This document shows positions 32,026 through 44,688 of a DNA stretch of 64,000 nt, piece after piece (positions within the stretch are counted from its first letter, which is position 1; every line of letters begins with the position of its first letter). The translations under genes were made by a program, and so were the position numbers. The stretch spans positions 67,456,001 through 67,520,000 of the forward strand of contig OX597826.1 of NCBI GenBank assembly GCA_951406725.2, in the 5' to 3' direction. This stretch comes from Octopus vulgaris (lineage: Eukaryota). Under the pieces are notes generated by a model. The model ran no database searches and had not been told where the DNA came from. It saw nothing but the letters and a program-made list of their open reading frames with translations.

Positions 32026-33600
32026 GTTGGCAAGCTGAAAATAGAGAGGAAAGATTTCCGCCAGGTATCTTGTGAAACCCAAGTGGTTCGACTTCCATAA
32101 TTTCTGTGGTAGGTTTTGGGAACCCCTTTAAATGTCTCGATGTGGGTTTCCCGTTAGGGCTTTTCTCGTGCTCAAAACGGCTCTCTCGAATTCTTTTCAA
32201 GCAATCGATCGACATTCGTACCAGAAGCAAATCTTCTCGTGCCCAAAATATGTTCGATTCAAAAAATTACCCTCTCTGCTTCAAATTTTTTGCTTTGCTC
32301 TACGGGAGTCGTCAATTCCCTGTTGGTCCTTTTGATAAGCACTAAGTTGCATATGTTTTGTTGGTGCGGTTTCATTTGTTTGCTTGACTGTGGTGGTGAT
32401 GGTTTCTTTGGTGTTGTTTCGATTGTGTCTGTGCTTATTCTAAGTGCGGTATCTGCGGTTTCATATGTTTGTGTGTGTATTTGTTCTTGTGTCTGGTTAA
32501 ATTTTTTTGCGTTTGGGGGAATCTGGTGATGTTGTTGGTTATGTTGCTGTTGGTCTTATTGGGATGATGTTTGCGTGGATGGTATCTATTTTTATTGGGG
32601 GTGTTATGCTTTGTGGAGTTTTGTATGTTTTCTTTCTTGTTTGTTGGTGGCTTTTGGTTTACTTTCATCTTCACTACTCGAAGATGAGTGGTCTGGGGTT
32701 GTGTGTCTGTCTCCGTGTGTTTATGATTTTATTCATTTGTATATTTTTGAGGGGAGAGGCGTAAAGCTTTCTTCGTTTCGCCCATGGGTGGTCAATGTCC
32801 TTGGTTATGTCTCCTTTGGTGTTGGTGCTGGTGGTGTTTTCTGGTGTCTGTGTAGGAAGCAATGAAGTCCTTCTACTCCTTGCTCCATTTATCAGCTGAG
32901 GGCAGAAGGCTCTCAAATGAGTTATTTCTTCACAAACGAAACAATGTGCCCTTGAACCCTCAGTTATTATACCTATCGCCGTCTCTTTCTGGAGACGGAT
33001 GTGACCTAGGATCTTTTTACGTTTTCGGGCCTGGTCTGGAGAAGTATCTTTAGGTGAACACCGGACTAGTCCTCCCTAGCAGTTTTTGTCACCTCTGTCG
33101 AGACTGTATCCGTCCCTTCCACAATTACGCAGCCCGGAAGCCACCAAGTATAGATTCATTGTGGAATCCTGAGAATGCGGACACGTGCTTTCTGTTTTAC
33201 CATGTGGGTGGGGTACCTTGATGGTTTTGCAAGGGGTCATTGACTGTTTCATAGCAAGGACTTCTGACTTAAGTAGCTCCGAAATGGTGCCGTATTGTCT
33301 TCCCTTTGCTATGAACTCAGTGTCATTTCTGATGCATCTCAACGCAGTTTCACTATCTGCTTGGGCAATTAAAGCCACCTTCTTTGTTTCTGCTGTGATG
33401 CATCTCAAATGTCATGTTCTTCGCTCCATTGCTTCAATTGCCCCTGCCTGGACATTTAAGTTCGTCCATGTTTTCTCTTGTTTGATGAGCTTCAAGACCT
33501 GGGCCAACTTCTGGCTTTGTCGATGTTTGTGATATTCAAACCAACTGACCTGACATCATTGAACAGTTATTCCTTTAAGAGTGATTCCAGGTGACCGGTA
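32026..33600 (-). mobile_element. Probable decayed ORF1/5' region of the same LINE
   Basis: Contiguous upstream of the ORF2 start, with strong strand bias (A/C-rich on the minus strand) and several broken 80-110 aa frames. No diagnostic motif recognised. Confidence 0.35.
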
Positions 33601-34699
33601 TTTATACACTCTGATCTCAGACTACCCTGTTGGCAGAAACGCAAGAGGAAAAAATGAAACGTATTACTTATTAAGTGACCCTGGAAATGGGGTGACTTGG
33701 TTTCTATAATGTTTTGTGGTTGTTTTGGGGCGTCAGCCTACACTTGACATTTGCACTTAAGTTTCCCATAGCACTGGGGACTTATCCCTGATTGTTTTGT
33801 ATGTCTCCAAGTATAGCCTTATTAATTGCAAATGTTGTGTTAGTGCTGGTCCTAAATACCTCTTTCCCCTCTTCAATCTTCTTTTGTGTGGTACGAACAT
33901 CGGTTTTTGATACATAATACTTTTTAGAAAGTTTGTAGTAGGATTGTTATACTGATTTTGCTGTGTTGATGAATCTCTGCAAGTGCTGCTCCTGATTCTG
34001 TATTCATTCTTTTTTTCGATGTGGGTGCTAGAAATGGTAACTGGAGTTTGATGCGGGCGTAGTTTGTTGCAGTGATTGTGTGGTTCGTTTCGAGTGAGAT
34101 GAGATGTAAAATAATTTTTCGTGTCTTCTGTCAAGATCGCGTGTCCTCCATGAACAACAGGCAGCAAAGAAACTTGAAGCGAAATTGCGATCGACATAGC
34201 TGCTTGAGTCGTCTTCGGCATTTCAATGAGCAATGAAATTTACGGCTCCGAAATATGACGAACAGAGGAAAACTTATTGAGGAGGCGTTGATCTTTATCT
34301 TCTTTGCTCTGCTCCAAGTTCCCGTCATTTGTCTGGAATGGTTTATACTGTAAATAGAGAATCAGTGGCTCGAATTTTGAGCTTTACTCTCAGTCTCTGC
34401 CTCAATTTTGGAAGGCACACAGCAAATCCTGGGATTGCCTGTTTTATGGTAATGGTTAGTCTGCTTTGGTAATTAGCCCCCTGAGAATTAATTTGGTAAA
34501 AACCCCAAGTCTTAGTACAGTTTGTTTAAAGTTCGATAAGTTAATTTTTAAAAGCAAAATAGCATTCATATAAATTCAAAATAATAATATTTTAACTCCC
34601 CACAAAATGATACGTGGAAATAAACGTTCTATCAAATCTTTGATCTCTTTACTAAGTACCGCCAATTATTGTACTCACGTGGTAAGTTAGTAAATTTTG

Positions 34700-35500
34700 T
34701 CAATTAAAGCGAACATGAACATAATAATCACGATTTAAGTGAACCAGCAACATCAACTTCTATAAATCTAGTTCAGGAGAAGGACCGCGATGGCTGTTTG
34801 CAATTGCAATGATGAGATGTATAGAGAAGCTGAAGAATTTTATTCAAAAGTTAAATTCCAGGAAATTTGCAATACAGATGAATGCATCTTCTGTCAGGAA
34901 CAGTGAGGCAATATTGCGGTCATTGATATCTGCTATAAATTTTAAAACTATTTAAATTACAATAAAATAGCAATATAAAAGAATATATCTTGTTTGGCAG
35001 AATGGTACCACTGATCTGATTGGCAAAAAAGTAACTATTTAAAATACATGACGTATTGCTATTCAGAAAGTTTGCTTCACAGAGAAAATTTAGATGCGAA
35101 AAATCGTTTCACCTCTTTTAAATTCAGTAATAAAATGTGTCGACTCTATAGAAGTTTCTGCTAAATGTGAGCATCTCTTTAAAGTGTTGTGAGTTTAAAA
35201 ACACAGACTATGTATGAGAGGTTTATTGCTTCACGCCTGTGTAAGGTGGCTGTTGGAGGTCAATTACCTGAAAAGCTATATAGATCTAGTTGATATTCTT
35301 ACTGAATTTTAAATGAACAAATCTGAAATGAATCTTCTATCGAAAGCTGATGGAAAAGATTCAATGAATTATTTGACAGATATATTTTTGAAAATTGAAT
35401 GTATTAAATATGTAATTTCATCGCGCCAATATAACTTTATTCAACGACAAGGGTGTTTGGTTTCATTAGATTTCTACAGTTATGACACAAGAAAATATCT
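34700..35500 (+). mobile_element. hAT (Buster/Charlie, SCAND3/ZBED5-like) transposase remnant
   Basis: KFAIQMNASSVRNSEAIL (QLDEST-like), HRENLDAK, LLLHACVRWL (HTEVRWL-like), NYLTDIFLKI (YLADIF-like). Confidence 0.7.
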
Positions 35501-35687
35501 ACTAGAAAACATGTCCTTGTTACGTGGTAGAAAAATGTGATTTCATTGATAGTGCTTTACATGTTATTGTGGATTATTTCAATTCTCTGGCTTATGATTA
35601 AAATTACATACTTTCTGCTTACAATAAATAATTTCATTTTTGGATTTGGTTTGCAAGATTCTTTATATGAGTTCGTGTGTTGAAGCA

Positions 35688-35989
35688 TATTCTGTTGTGT
35701 CTGAGGAGAGTCATTTTCTTTTTGTGCGTTATCATTTAACACACTCACCCGTAAAATTTCCACTTATTTCTTATTTTTATTTTCCTAAAATTTTCGTTGC
35801 GTCTTGCAACCTTTTCGATAGTCTTGACACCCTGTTCTACTGACTTGAGTCAAGACTATTGAAAAGTTTGCAAGACGCAACGAAAATTTTAGGAAAATAA
35901 AAATAAGAAATAAGTGGAAATTTTACTGGTGAGTGTGTTAAATTATAAGGCACAAAAAGAAAATGGTTCTCCCCAGACACAACAGAATA
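35688..35989. repeat. Near-perfect inverted repeat, 141-bp arms with 20-bp spacer
   Basis: 35688-35828 versus 35849-35989. Confidence 0.9.
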
Positions 35990-36265
35990 CAATAAATAAA
36001 TTAAGCAAAAAATAAAATTAGATTTGTGGGGTTTGGTAATTTTTGTATTTCACCGAAATACAAAATAAACCTCTGACTTATTAAAGGGAGCAAAAAATAT
36101 CGACTGGATATAAGAAAAATATGAATGATTGGAATGAAACTGCACTTTTGCTTTAAATTGAAACCGTTCGTATTGAGCAACAAGTTCAAGAAACTCATTC
36201 GCGTGAAATTATCAAACATTGAATATACCTACTCTGCGGCTGCGATCTTAAAATTGTATTGCTCA

Positions 36266-36663
36266 ACTCTTTTACTCTTTTACTTGTTTCAGTCATTTGA
36301 CTGTGGCCATGCTGGAGCACCACCTTCAGTCGAGCAAATCGACCCCGGGACTTATTCTTTGTAAGCCGAGTACTTATTCTATCGGCCTCTTTTGCCGAAC
36401 TGCTAAGTTAAGGGGTCGTAAACACACCAGCGTCGGTTGTCAAGCGATGTTGGGGGGCACAAGCACACACACACACATATATATACATATACATATATAC
36501 GACGGGCTTCTTTCAGTTTCCGTCTACCAAATCCACTCACAAGGCTTTGGTCGGCCTGAGGCTATAGTAGAAGACACTTGCGCAAGGTGCCACGCAGTGG
36601 GACTGAACCCGGAACCATGTGGTTGGTAAGCAAGCTACTTACCACACAGCCTCTCCCGCGCCT
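36266..36663 (-). mobile_element. SINE family B, full length
   Basis: Highly similar to 24220-24624. Confidence 0.9.
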
Positions 36664-36744
36664 AAAACTGAAAACTTTTATTTTAGGGAAAAACTAATGG
36701 TGATTTCTGTTTATTTTAACTCATATTAAATGCATTCTCATTAC

Positions 36745-36940
36745 TGGTTTCCAATTTTGGAGGAGGAGGTAAGTTGATTATATCGACCCCAGTTCTCAAC
36801 TGATACCTATGTTATCGATTCTGAGAGAATGAAACGCAAAGCTGAACCTCGACGGAAATTGAACCCAGAACTTAAAGACTGACGAAATTCACCGTAGCTT
36901 TTTGCCTGGGTTGCTAACGATTCAGCCAGGCCGCCGCCTT
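36745..36940 (-). mobile_element. SINE family A, diverged
   Basis: ATCGACCCCAG..ATGAAACGCAAAG..GAACCCAGAA..GCTAACGATTCAGCCAG..CGCCGCCTT. Confidence 0.75.
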
Positions 36941-37485
36941 CAAATGCACGCACATTCTTCAAATTTAAGCACCATATTTGAGTTTATATTAAGAGGTAGG
37001 AAAAGAGTTTCTCGATGTATCCACGTAGAGGAGAGTGCCAAAAAGTTGGAAAGCTCGACTTTAAAGCTTCATTCAGATTTTCGTTAAATAGTAAGGAAAA
37101 GCTTTCTTTGTAGCCTTCGCGAAGAAAATATATCACATTTCTAAAAGCCCAGACCAGAAACAGGAAACGCCCTCTTTTGAAACACGGCGCCATATTTTGA
37201 CTAAATTTGACTCGTGTTTAAACCTCGTTTTGGTTTTTAATCTTAGCAAAGAAATGTTTGTTATTACATTTGTTAATATCATCCAATTGCATGGCATGTA
37301 CATTGTCACTACTACTGTTGTAAATATATGCTGCGTGTTTGTGTTTTCAACAGGGAAACTCTGATTTCTAATAACTTGCAAGGACGTGGTATTTCGTATA
37401 TTATAAAACATATCAAACGGTTTTATGAGTCAAATCCCATGTTCTACTGCGTTAGCAGTGAGCATTACGCCATTGTGATAGCTAT

Positions 37486-37873
37486 CTCTCTTTTACTCTA
37501 TTACTTGTTTCAGTCATTTGACTGTGGCCATGCCGGGGCACCGCCTTTAGTCGAGCAAATCGACCCCAGGATTTATTCTTTGAAATCCTAGTACTTATTC
37601 TATCGGTCTCTTTTGCCGAACCGCTAAGTTACGGGGACGTAAACACACCAGCATCGGTTGTCAAGCGATGTTGGGGGGACAAACACAGACACATAAACAT
37701 ATACTTATATACGACGAGCTTCTTTCAGTTTCTGTCTACCAAATCCACTCACAAGGCTTTGGTGGGCCCGAGACTATAGTAGAAGACACTTGCCCAAAGT
37801 GCCACGCAGTGGGATTGAACCCGGAACCATGTGGTTCGTAAGCAAGCTACTTACCACACAGCCACTCCTACGC
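37486..37873 (-). mobile_element. SINE family B, full length
   Basis: Highly similar to 24220-24624 and 36266-36663. Confidence 0.9.
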
Positions 37874-39363
37874 CTCTATAGATATTCTGTAGAAATTGTA
37901 ATTTTTGTTACGAAGTTTCATATCCGAGACACCAGATGTAAACAAGGAAATCAAAGTTGAAAAAAGGCCAATAGATGTATATTCCACATGTAATGTGCTC
38001 GTAGATGATTCAGGGCTTGATGGGTGCTTATAAAGGATCAACAGCTCCGTATATATGGCATATGCTTCCATTGAACTTTTTTTCATTTTCGATTTCATTG
38101 TTTGTATATGTGCGTGTATTTGAAGGCGGCGACCTGGCTGAATCGATAGCAATCCAGGCAAAAAGCTATGGTGAATTCTGTCAGTCTTTAAGTTCTGAGT
38201 TCAAATTTCGGATACGAAACGTCGTAACAAAAATCAACCCGACAAACCTAACGAGTGATATAAAGTGCACTGCTACCACAATAGAACAGGCACTGGCATA
38301 TAAAAAAACGTTTTAGTATGATATGGTTGCATAACGAAATACCGCACCCTTACAATTCATTAATATTGACGTACCAGCATCCAGGAATGTATATAATATG
38401 CAGTATTGGTATACACGATACCGTTACAGCACTGTATTTAGTGGCTATTTAAGCAATGTGATCATAGATGATTAAGGGGCAAGATGGATACTGATGAAGG
38501 AAGAACAATGCTCGAAATATGGATTTACCCTATATAAATTTTCGATCTCATTGTTTGTTTACATCTGACGTATCAGATACGAAACGTTTGTTTATATTTG
38601 ACGTTTCGGATACGAAGCATCGTAACGAAAATCAGCGCTGACAATAATTTGTAGAGATATCCTTAACTAGTGACATCAGGTTTCTCACTCGTTGAGAAAT
38701 CGTCTAGAAGATGATTTTACATACACGATAATGCCTTAGTGAACAGACAATATTTGCATCAACCCTGGAGCGTTACATGGACATTTCTTGATGGAATGCC
38801 TTTCTATTTCATACATAATTTCGCCAGTCCAGCGGAGGTAAAAACTGAAAATTGTGTACAGAAGTATATATCAAATAACTTGAAATTATAAAATCATGTT
38901 TACATCTCGGATTCCTGAAGACGTAATAGACTGACTTAATCTTTGGATGTTATTTACTAACGTGAAGTGTTTTTATTTAACATATGATCATATCAAGACA
39001 CGATGTGTTTCGATAGAATTTGCTCGAAGCAATGTAAATTATATATTAGATGAGGGTGTCTATGCAGAACTCCAAATACATATACACATATCCTTACTTA
39101 CACACACACGCACACGAAATACATATTGCGTTCTACATACTCAAACACGTCATTATATATGAACATAGTCAGAAGCACATCTGAAGTTAGCTGCACGAAC
39201 TTTCTAATAAAAGTATTAATCTACTGGTACTTCTAATCATTTATTTGATCTTAGATAATTTTTGCAAAAATACTAATTTAAATTACGTATTTACACACGT
39301 AGAAACGCATATACATCCGAGAACACATGCACACAAATGAATATATGAATATATAAATATACA

Positions 39364-39402
<39 letters not shown>

Positions 39403-39405
39403 ATA

Positions 39406-39496
<91 letters not shown>

Positions 39497-39916
39497 TTAT
39501 GTATATATGATTATATATGCACATATATTACTGTGTATAAGCCTAGCTACACATGAATGTGCGGTTAAGAGAAATTGCGCTTGCTCTATAAGTTTTCGTG
39601 TGTGAGTATGCTGTTTGAGTATGTATGAGAGCGCTTGAAATATATATTACCGCCGTCTTTTCAATTACATCAACGTTATAAAGGTAAGTAAATAGTTAAT
39701 TAAATTACATTCTATGTACGAGCTTGTGCGTGTTTGTGTCCATGTGTGACTCTGTGTGCGAGTGTATGTCTGATGGTTGGTATATGTGAATAGTTAGGTA
39801 TGTTTATATCTTTACATATATATATATATATATATGCGTATATATGTATATGGATAAATACACGCATGTGTACATGTGTAAGGACGTCTATAGGTAAGTT
39901 ATAAATATATACACAG

Positions 39917-39975
<59 letters not shown>

Positions 39976-39997
39976 GTCTATCTATCTATCTATCGAT

Positions 39998-40071
<74 letters not shown>

Positions 40072-40285
40072 GTATGAGTGTATATTTAAAACTTATCCCT
40101 ATATACACTGTCTTACCTCTAATGTGTATTTGTGATTTGGCTAGTTCCAACAGAGTAACAATGAATTGTTTAATGATCTTAGAGTTCCACTTACGGTATC
40201 GCCTATAGATTCCGGCTTAAAGAGGAGCAGGGAGGAAACGTTTGTCCAATTCTACAAACATCAATATACATATATATATGTGTAT

Positions 40286-40500
40286 AAGGCAGCGAGCTGG
40301 CAGAATCGTTAGCACGCCGGGCGAAATGCGTAGCCGTATTTCGTCTGGTATTACGTTCTGAGTTCAAATTCCGCCGTGGTCAACTTTGCCTTCATCATTT
40401 CGGGGTCGATAAATTAAGTATTAATTGCGTACTACTGTCGAGCTAATCAACTGGCTCCTTTCCCCAAAACTTCGGGCTTTGTGCCAAGAGTAGAAAAGAA
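40286..40500 (+). mobile_element. SINE family A
   Basis: GGCAGCGAGCTGGCAGAATCGTTAGCACGCCGGGCGAAATG..GAGTTCAAATTCCGCC..GGGGTCGATAAATTAAGTA. Confidence 0.9.
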
Positions 40501-40563
<63 letters not shown>

Positions 40564-40606
40564 GCTTGCGCGCGCGTCTGTGTGTGTCTGTGTGTGTGTA
40601 TGTGAG

Positions 40607-40700
40607 CCAGTGTGTCTGTGTGGTAAGAAGCTTGCCTCCCAACCACATGGTTCGGGGTTCAGTCTCACTGCCGGCTACTTTGGGCAAGTGTCTTCTACTA
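40607..40700 (+). mobile_element. SINE family B 5' part, truncated at the Penelope-like insert
   Basis: CTGTGTGGTAAGAAGCTTGCCTCCCAACCACATGGTTCGGGGTTCAGTC..TTGGGCAAGTGTCTTCTACTATA. Confidence 0.75.
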
Positions 40701-40703
40701 TAT

Positions 40704-41815
40704 ACAAAAGAGATACCCGAAGGATAGGATATCTGACTCGCTAGAAAGAGCAGTTAAAACTCCAAGCCACCAATTGTTGTAATTCCGAAAGTGATTGGAA
40801 AATAAAAAAACTTTTACCTTAATCCTAGATCCTGCAAAGTTTCTGCAGACTTAAATACAGACTGAAATAAAATAATTTCAGTCTATATCTGGCGCTGCTT
40901 CTTCAGTAGGTTGCCAGCACTGAACACATAGGCATGGAGCGATAAACAACCCGCCACGTGTCTATAGGTTCTAATTTTTCGAATCTATCGCGCAGAAGCG
41001 GAACTCAGCCAGCACTAAAAGAATAAATTGCCGATTTTCTTCCAGAATTAGCCAAAAAACATTTTATCATTAATTAAAATCTTAGGGTAGCAAGAATATT
41101 CATAAAAAAATTCTTAGTTACCAGTGGTCTAGCGAGAAATAAAAATTAGTCAATAGACTATATATTATTCAAAGAAGAATACAATGTACGTTCAAACACA
41201 AAAGAGATACCCGAAGAATAGGATATCTGACTCGCTAGAAAGAGCAGTTTAAACTCCAAGCCACCAATTATTGTAATTGCGAAAACTTTTACCTTAATCC
41301 TAGATCCTGCAAGGTTTCTGCAGATTTAAATACAGACTGAAATTATATAATTTCAGTCTATAGCTAGACCACTGGTAACTAAGAATTTTTGATGAATATT
41401 CTTGCTACTCTAAGATTTTAATTGATAATAGAATGCTTTTTGGCTAATTCCGGAAGAAAATCGGCAATTTATTTTTTTAGTGCTGGTTGAGTTCCGCTTC
41501 TGCGCGATAGATTCGAAAAATTAGAACCTATAGACACGTGGCGGGTTGTTTATCGCTCCGTGCCTATGTGTTCAGTCCTGGCAACCTACTGATGAAGCAG
41601 CGCCAAATATAGACTGAAATTATTTTATTTCAGTCTGTATTTAAGTCTGCAGAAACCTTGCAGGGTCTAGGATTAAGGTAAAAGTTTTTATTTTCCAATC
41701 ACTTTCGGAATTACAACAATTGGTGGCTTGGAGTTTTAACTGCTGTTTCTAGCGAGTCAGATATCCTATTCTTCGGGTATCTCTTTTGTGTTTGAACGTA
41801 CACTGTATTTTTCTT
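40704..41815 (-). mobile_element. Non-autonomous Penelope-like/retrozyme-like element: 494-bp unit, partial tandem copy and ~450-bp inverted copy
   Basis: CAAAAGAGATACCCGAA at 40705 and 41199. Bases 41363-41815 are the reverse complement of the unit (arm partner ends at 41133). TA-flanked, no ORF. Confidence 0.75.
41585..41671 (+). ncRNA. Type I hammerhead-ribozyme-like motif with long stem II
   Basis: Stem I CCTA/TAGG; core CTGATGA; stem II (A)GCAG..16-bp hairpin..CTGC(A); GAAA; stem III CCT-TGCA-GGG; GTC cleavage triplet ending at 41667. A second copy lies on the minus strand at 40824-40910 (CTGAAGA, ATC). Confidence 0.6.
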
Positions 41816-42296
41816 ATATATATATATGTTTCTTTGTTGCAGTTTTATTAAAGTTAGTGCTTAATTCTGCCTATATAATGATTGACTGAAATAATGTTGT
41901 TACTAAGTTTTTACTTTTATATTATTCTACTGAAGACGGTAAGGATTATAATTTTTGTATGTCTTAATAGAGTTGTCACTGTTTAGTTAAGTATTTAGGA
42001 GCGGTTGTAAATTACTTATTGAATTTATTTATCAATACCGTTGTACAGAGGGTGGATGTGTTTCAAAGATGTGGTTTCTTTGGTTTGTTTGTTCCCAAAC
42101 AACATTTATGTTAGTACTGTTCAGACACCACCGGATTGAATGGTACTGCTCAGGTGTCGAAACCACTATGATATCCATGGGGCAGCCGATGATGGAGGTA
42201 TGTTGGATTCTGGGTATGGTTGCTTCAGTATATGCGGAATAGTATCACTGGAATATGGTACGGCTGTCGAATAGAATTATAACATATCCTTTACAC

Positions 42297-42358
<62 letters not shown>

Positions 42359-43354
42359 TTATATATTTCACTGCGACGATATGTACCCTTCTTATAGGGA
42401 TGAAAGTATTCCAGTTACATTGGTTTATTACCCTAATATCTACGAAAAATATCGCATCGATATAAGTGGGTATATTAAAAATGTAGAATATGATAAACAA
42501 GAAGAAAAAGGAAAGTATATAGTTACAAATTAATTAATTTATATATAGTTAATTAAAAATGCCTGCAATTATTTCAGTTTTGCTCAATACTAATTACAAA
42601 TTTCCGATCAAAATAAAATAAATTTAGAATATTATATGATTAAAATCTCATCAGGGCTAATTGACTTTAAAGGATTATATGTTGTTTGGTTGATGTATAT
42701 ATGCACTTATGTACACTAGTAAAAATATAGTACTATATATGAAAGAACAAAAACATCAAAAACACGAGGAATACATTTTCAGAAAGCTGTGATTACTTTT
42801 ACGATTGAAAAGGAAACGAGGGTAGCTGTTGTTTCGGACATAGAGTCTTTGATCAGAAAGAAAAAGAAGAGGAAAAAAAAGGTAGTAGAATGGAGGAAAG
42901 AAAAGGAGAGTCAGTGTTTAGATAGGAAAACCGTTGTACTAGGAGTCTTAAGAAGCGGTAAAAAGACGAGGGACTAACGTGGTTATGAGATTATTTGTGT
43001 AAAGAGATAGGTTAGTGTATGTGTGAGCAGCATGGGCTGCGGGTGGCGGGCTAGAGTGGAGTCGATTAGATTAGGATACGAATGTGGTGAATGTGAGAAA
43101 GGGGCGTGTAAGATGAAAAAGGAGGTGCAAAATAGAAGTGGAAAATAGAGGAGAAAGTGAGACAAAACTCTTAAGGCAGGTTACAAATGCAATGTATTTA
43201 TATGAGTTTGTGTGTGTGACTGTGTGTTTGAGCGTATGTGTGTGTATTCATGTATGTGCATCTTCTCTCCTTGTCTCTTTCTTTCTCACCCTGTCTCTCT
43301 ATCTGTCTATCTATCTATTTATCTTGCAAACAAATGTGGTAACATGTAACATCA

Positions 43355-43630
43355 TTGACTGAGGTTACCGTGGTCTTTTCCGTAGACTTTTCTTCCCACG
43401 GATAAACCTTATCTGCTTCCCCCTTTACACTTTACACCGTGACACTATGATACATGATCCCTATTGATCGTTTTTTCCCCTTTTCCCCCCTTTTTTCTTC
43501 TTTCCCTTTTACGATCCCTTTTGATCGAAAACCTAACCCACCTTTTTTTTTCCTCTTCCCCAAAAAGAAAAGCTCTACTTTGTAATCTGTCCCGTCTGTG
43601 TGCAACCTTGTGTGGCTAATAAAGAAACAT
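43355..43630 (+). mobile_element. Probable LINE 3' UTR fragment
   Basis: Pyrimidine-rich tract ending TGTCCCGTCTGTGTGCAACCTTGTGTGGCTAATAAAGAAA followed by (TCTA)n. The tail matches SINE family A. Confidence 0.5.
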
Positions 43631-43673
43631 ATCTATCTATCTATTTATCTGTCACTGCCTATCTATTTATTTG

Positions 43674-43733
<60 letters not shown>

Positions 43734-44375
43734 CCTGTCGGTCTGTCGGTCTGTCTGTCTGTCTACCTGTATGTACGTATACATACACACACACACACAC
43801 AACACATAAAACGTCTGCATTTGTTGTCAATACACAAAAATTACATTCACCGATAACATCATAAAAAAGAAGAAAACCAAAAAAAAAAAAGAAAAGACGA
43901 AAAAATTCTGTTTCATGAAACAATTTATTATCATTTCTGATATTCTAGGAAAATAATTAAACGAGATAATCTGAAAGATTATTATTTCCAATTTCTCATG
44001 AACTGGTGGAGAATTAGTTGATACTTTGTAATTAAGTTGTGCTATTTATGTTTTCGTGTAAAAATTCGTAACTTTTAATGGTTCCGCTTTTTACAATATT
44101 TCTCTTTTTGAATCTCATTAAAAGAAGATTCCAACTGAAAGGGAAACAGAACAAACAGGATTCTCATAAGTAGCAGAGGAATTTAGCTAATTATTTGTAC
44201 ACTAAAGAACTAATTGCTAATTAATTGTCTACTAAAGAACTATAATTGTTTTTGTTATCATTTCGGGGTCGATAAAACGAGTACCAGTCGAAGAATGGGG
44301 TCGATGTAATCGACTTGACACATTTCCCAATTTTACTGGCCTTGTGTCAAAATCTGAAAGCATCATTTTGGTTAA

Positions 44376-44475
44376 TATATAAAGGATTGAGGTAACTCCT
44401 CCAGAAGATATACCTGACAATGGCACTCTTCTTTTAATTTTGACTATATCTTCTGCAGGAGTTACCTCAATCCTT

Positions 44476-44481
<6 letters not shown>
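44376..44481. repeat. 106-bp mini fold-back (37-bp arms, TA ends)
   Basis: TATATAAAGGATTGAGGTAACTCCTCCAGAAGATATA versus TATATCTTCTGCAGGAGTTACCTCAATCCTTTATATA. Confidence 0.85.
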
Positions 44482-44518
<37 letters not shown>

Positions 44519-44559
44519 TGATGATGATGATAATAATAATAATAATAATAATAATGATG

Positions 44560-44676
<117 letters not shown>

Positions 44677-44688
44677 GTTATTATTATA

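Noticed and set aside
42365-42533. Possible host exon (IFHCDDMYPSYRDESIPV..KQEEK)
   Set aside because: No convincing AG/GT splice pair and no recognisable domain. RNA-seq or blastx would be needed.
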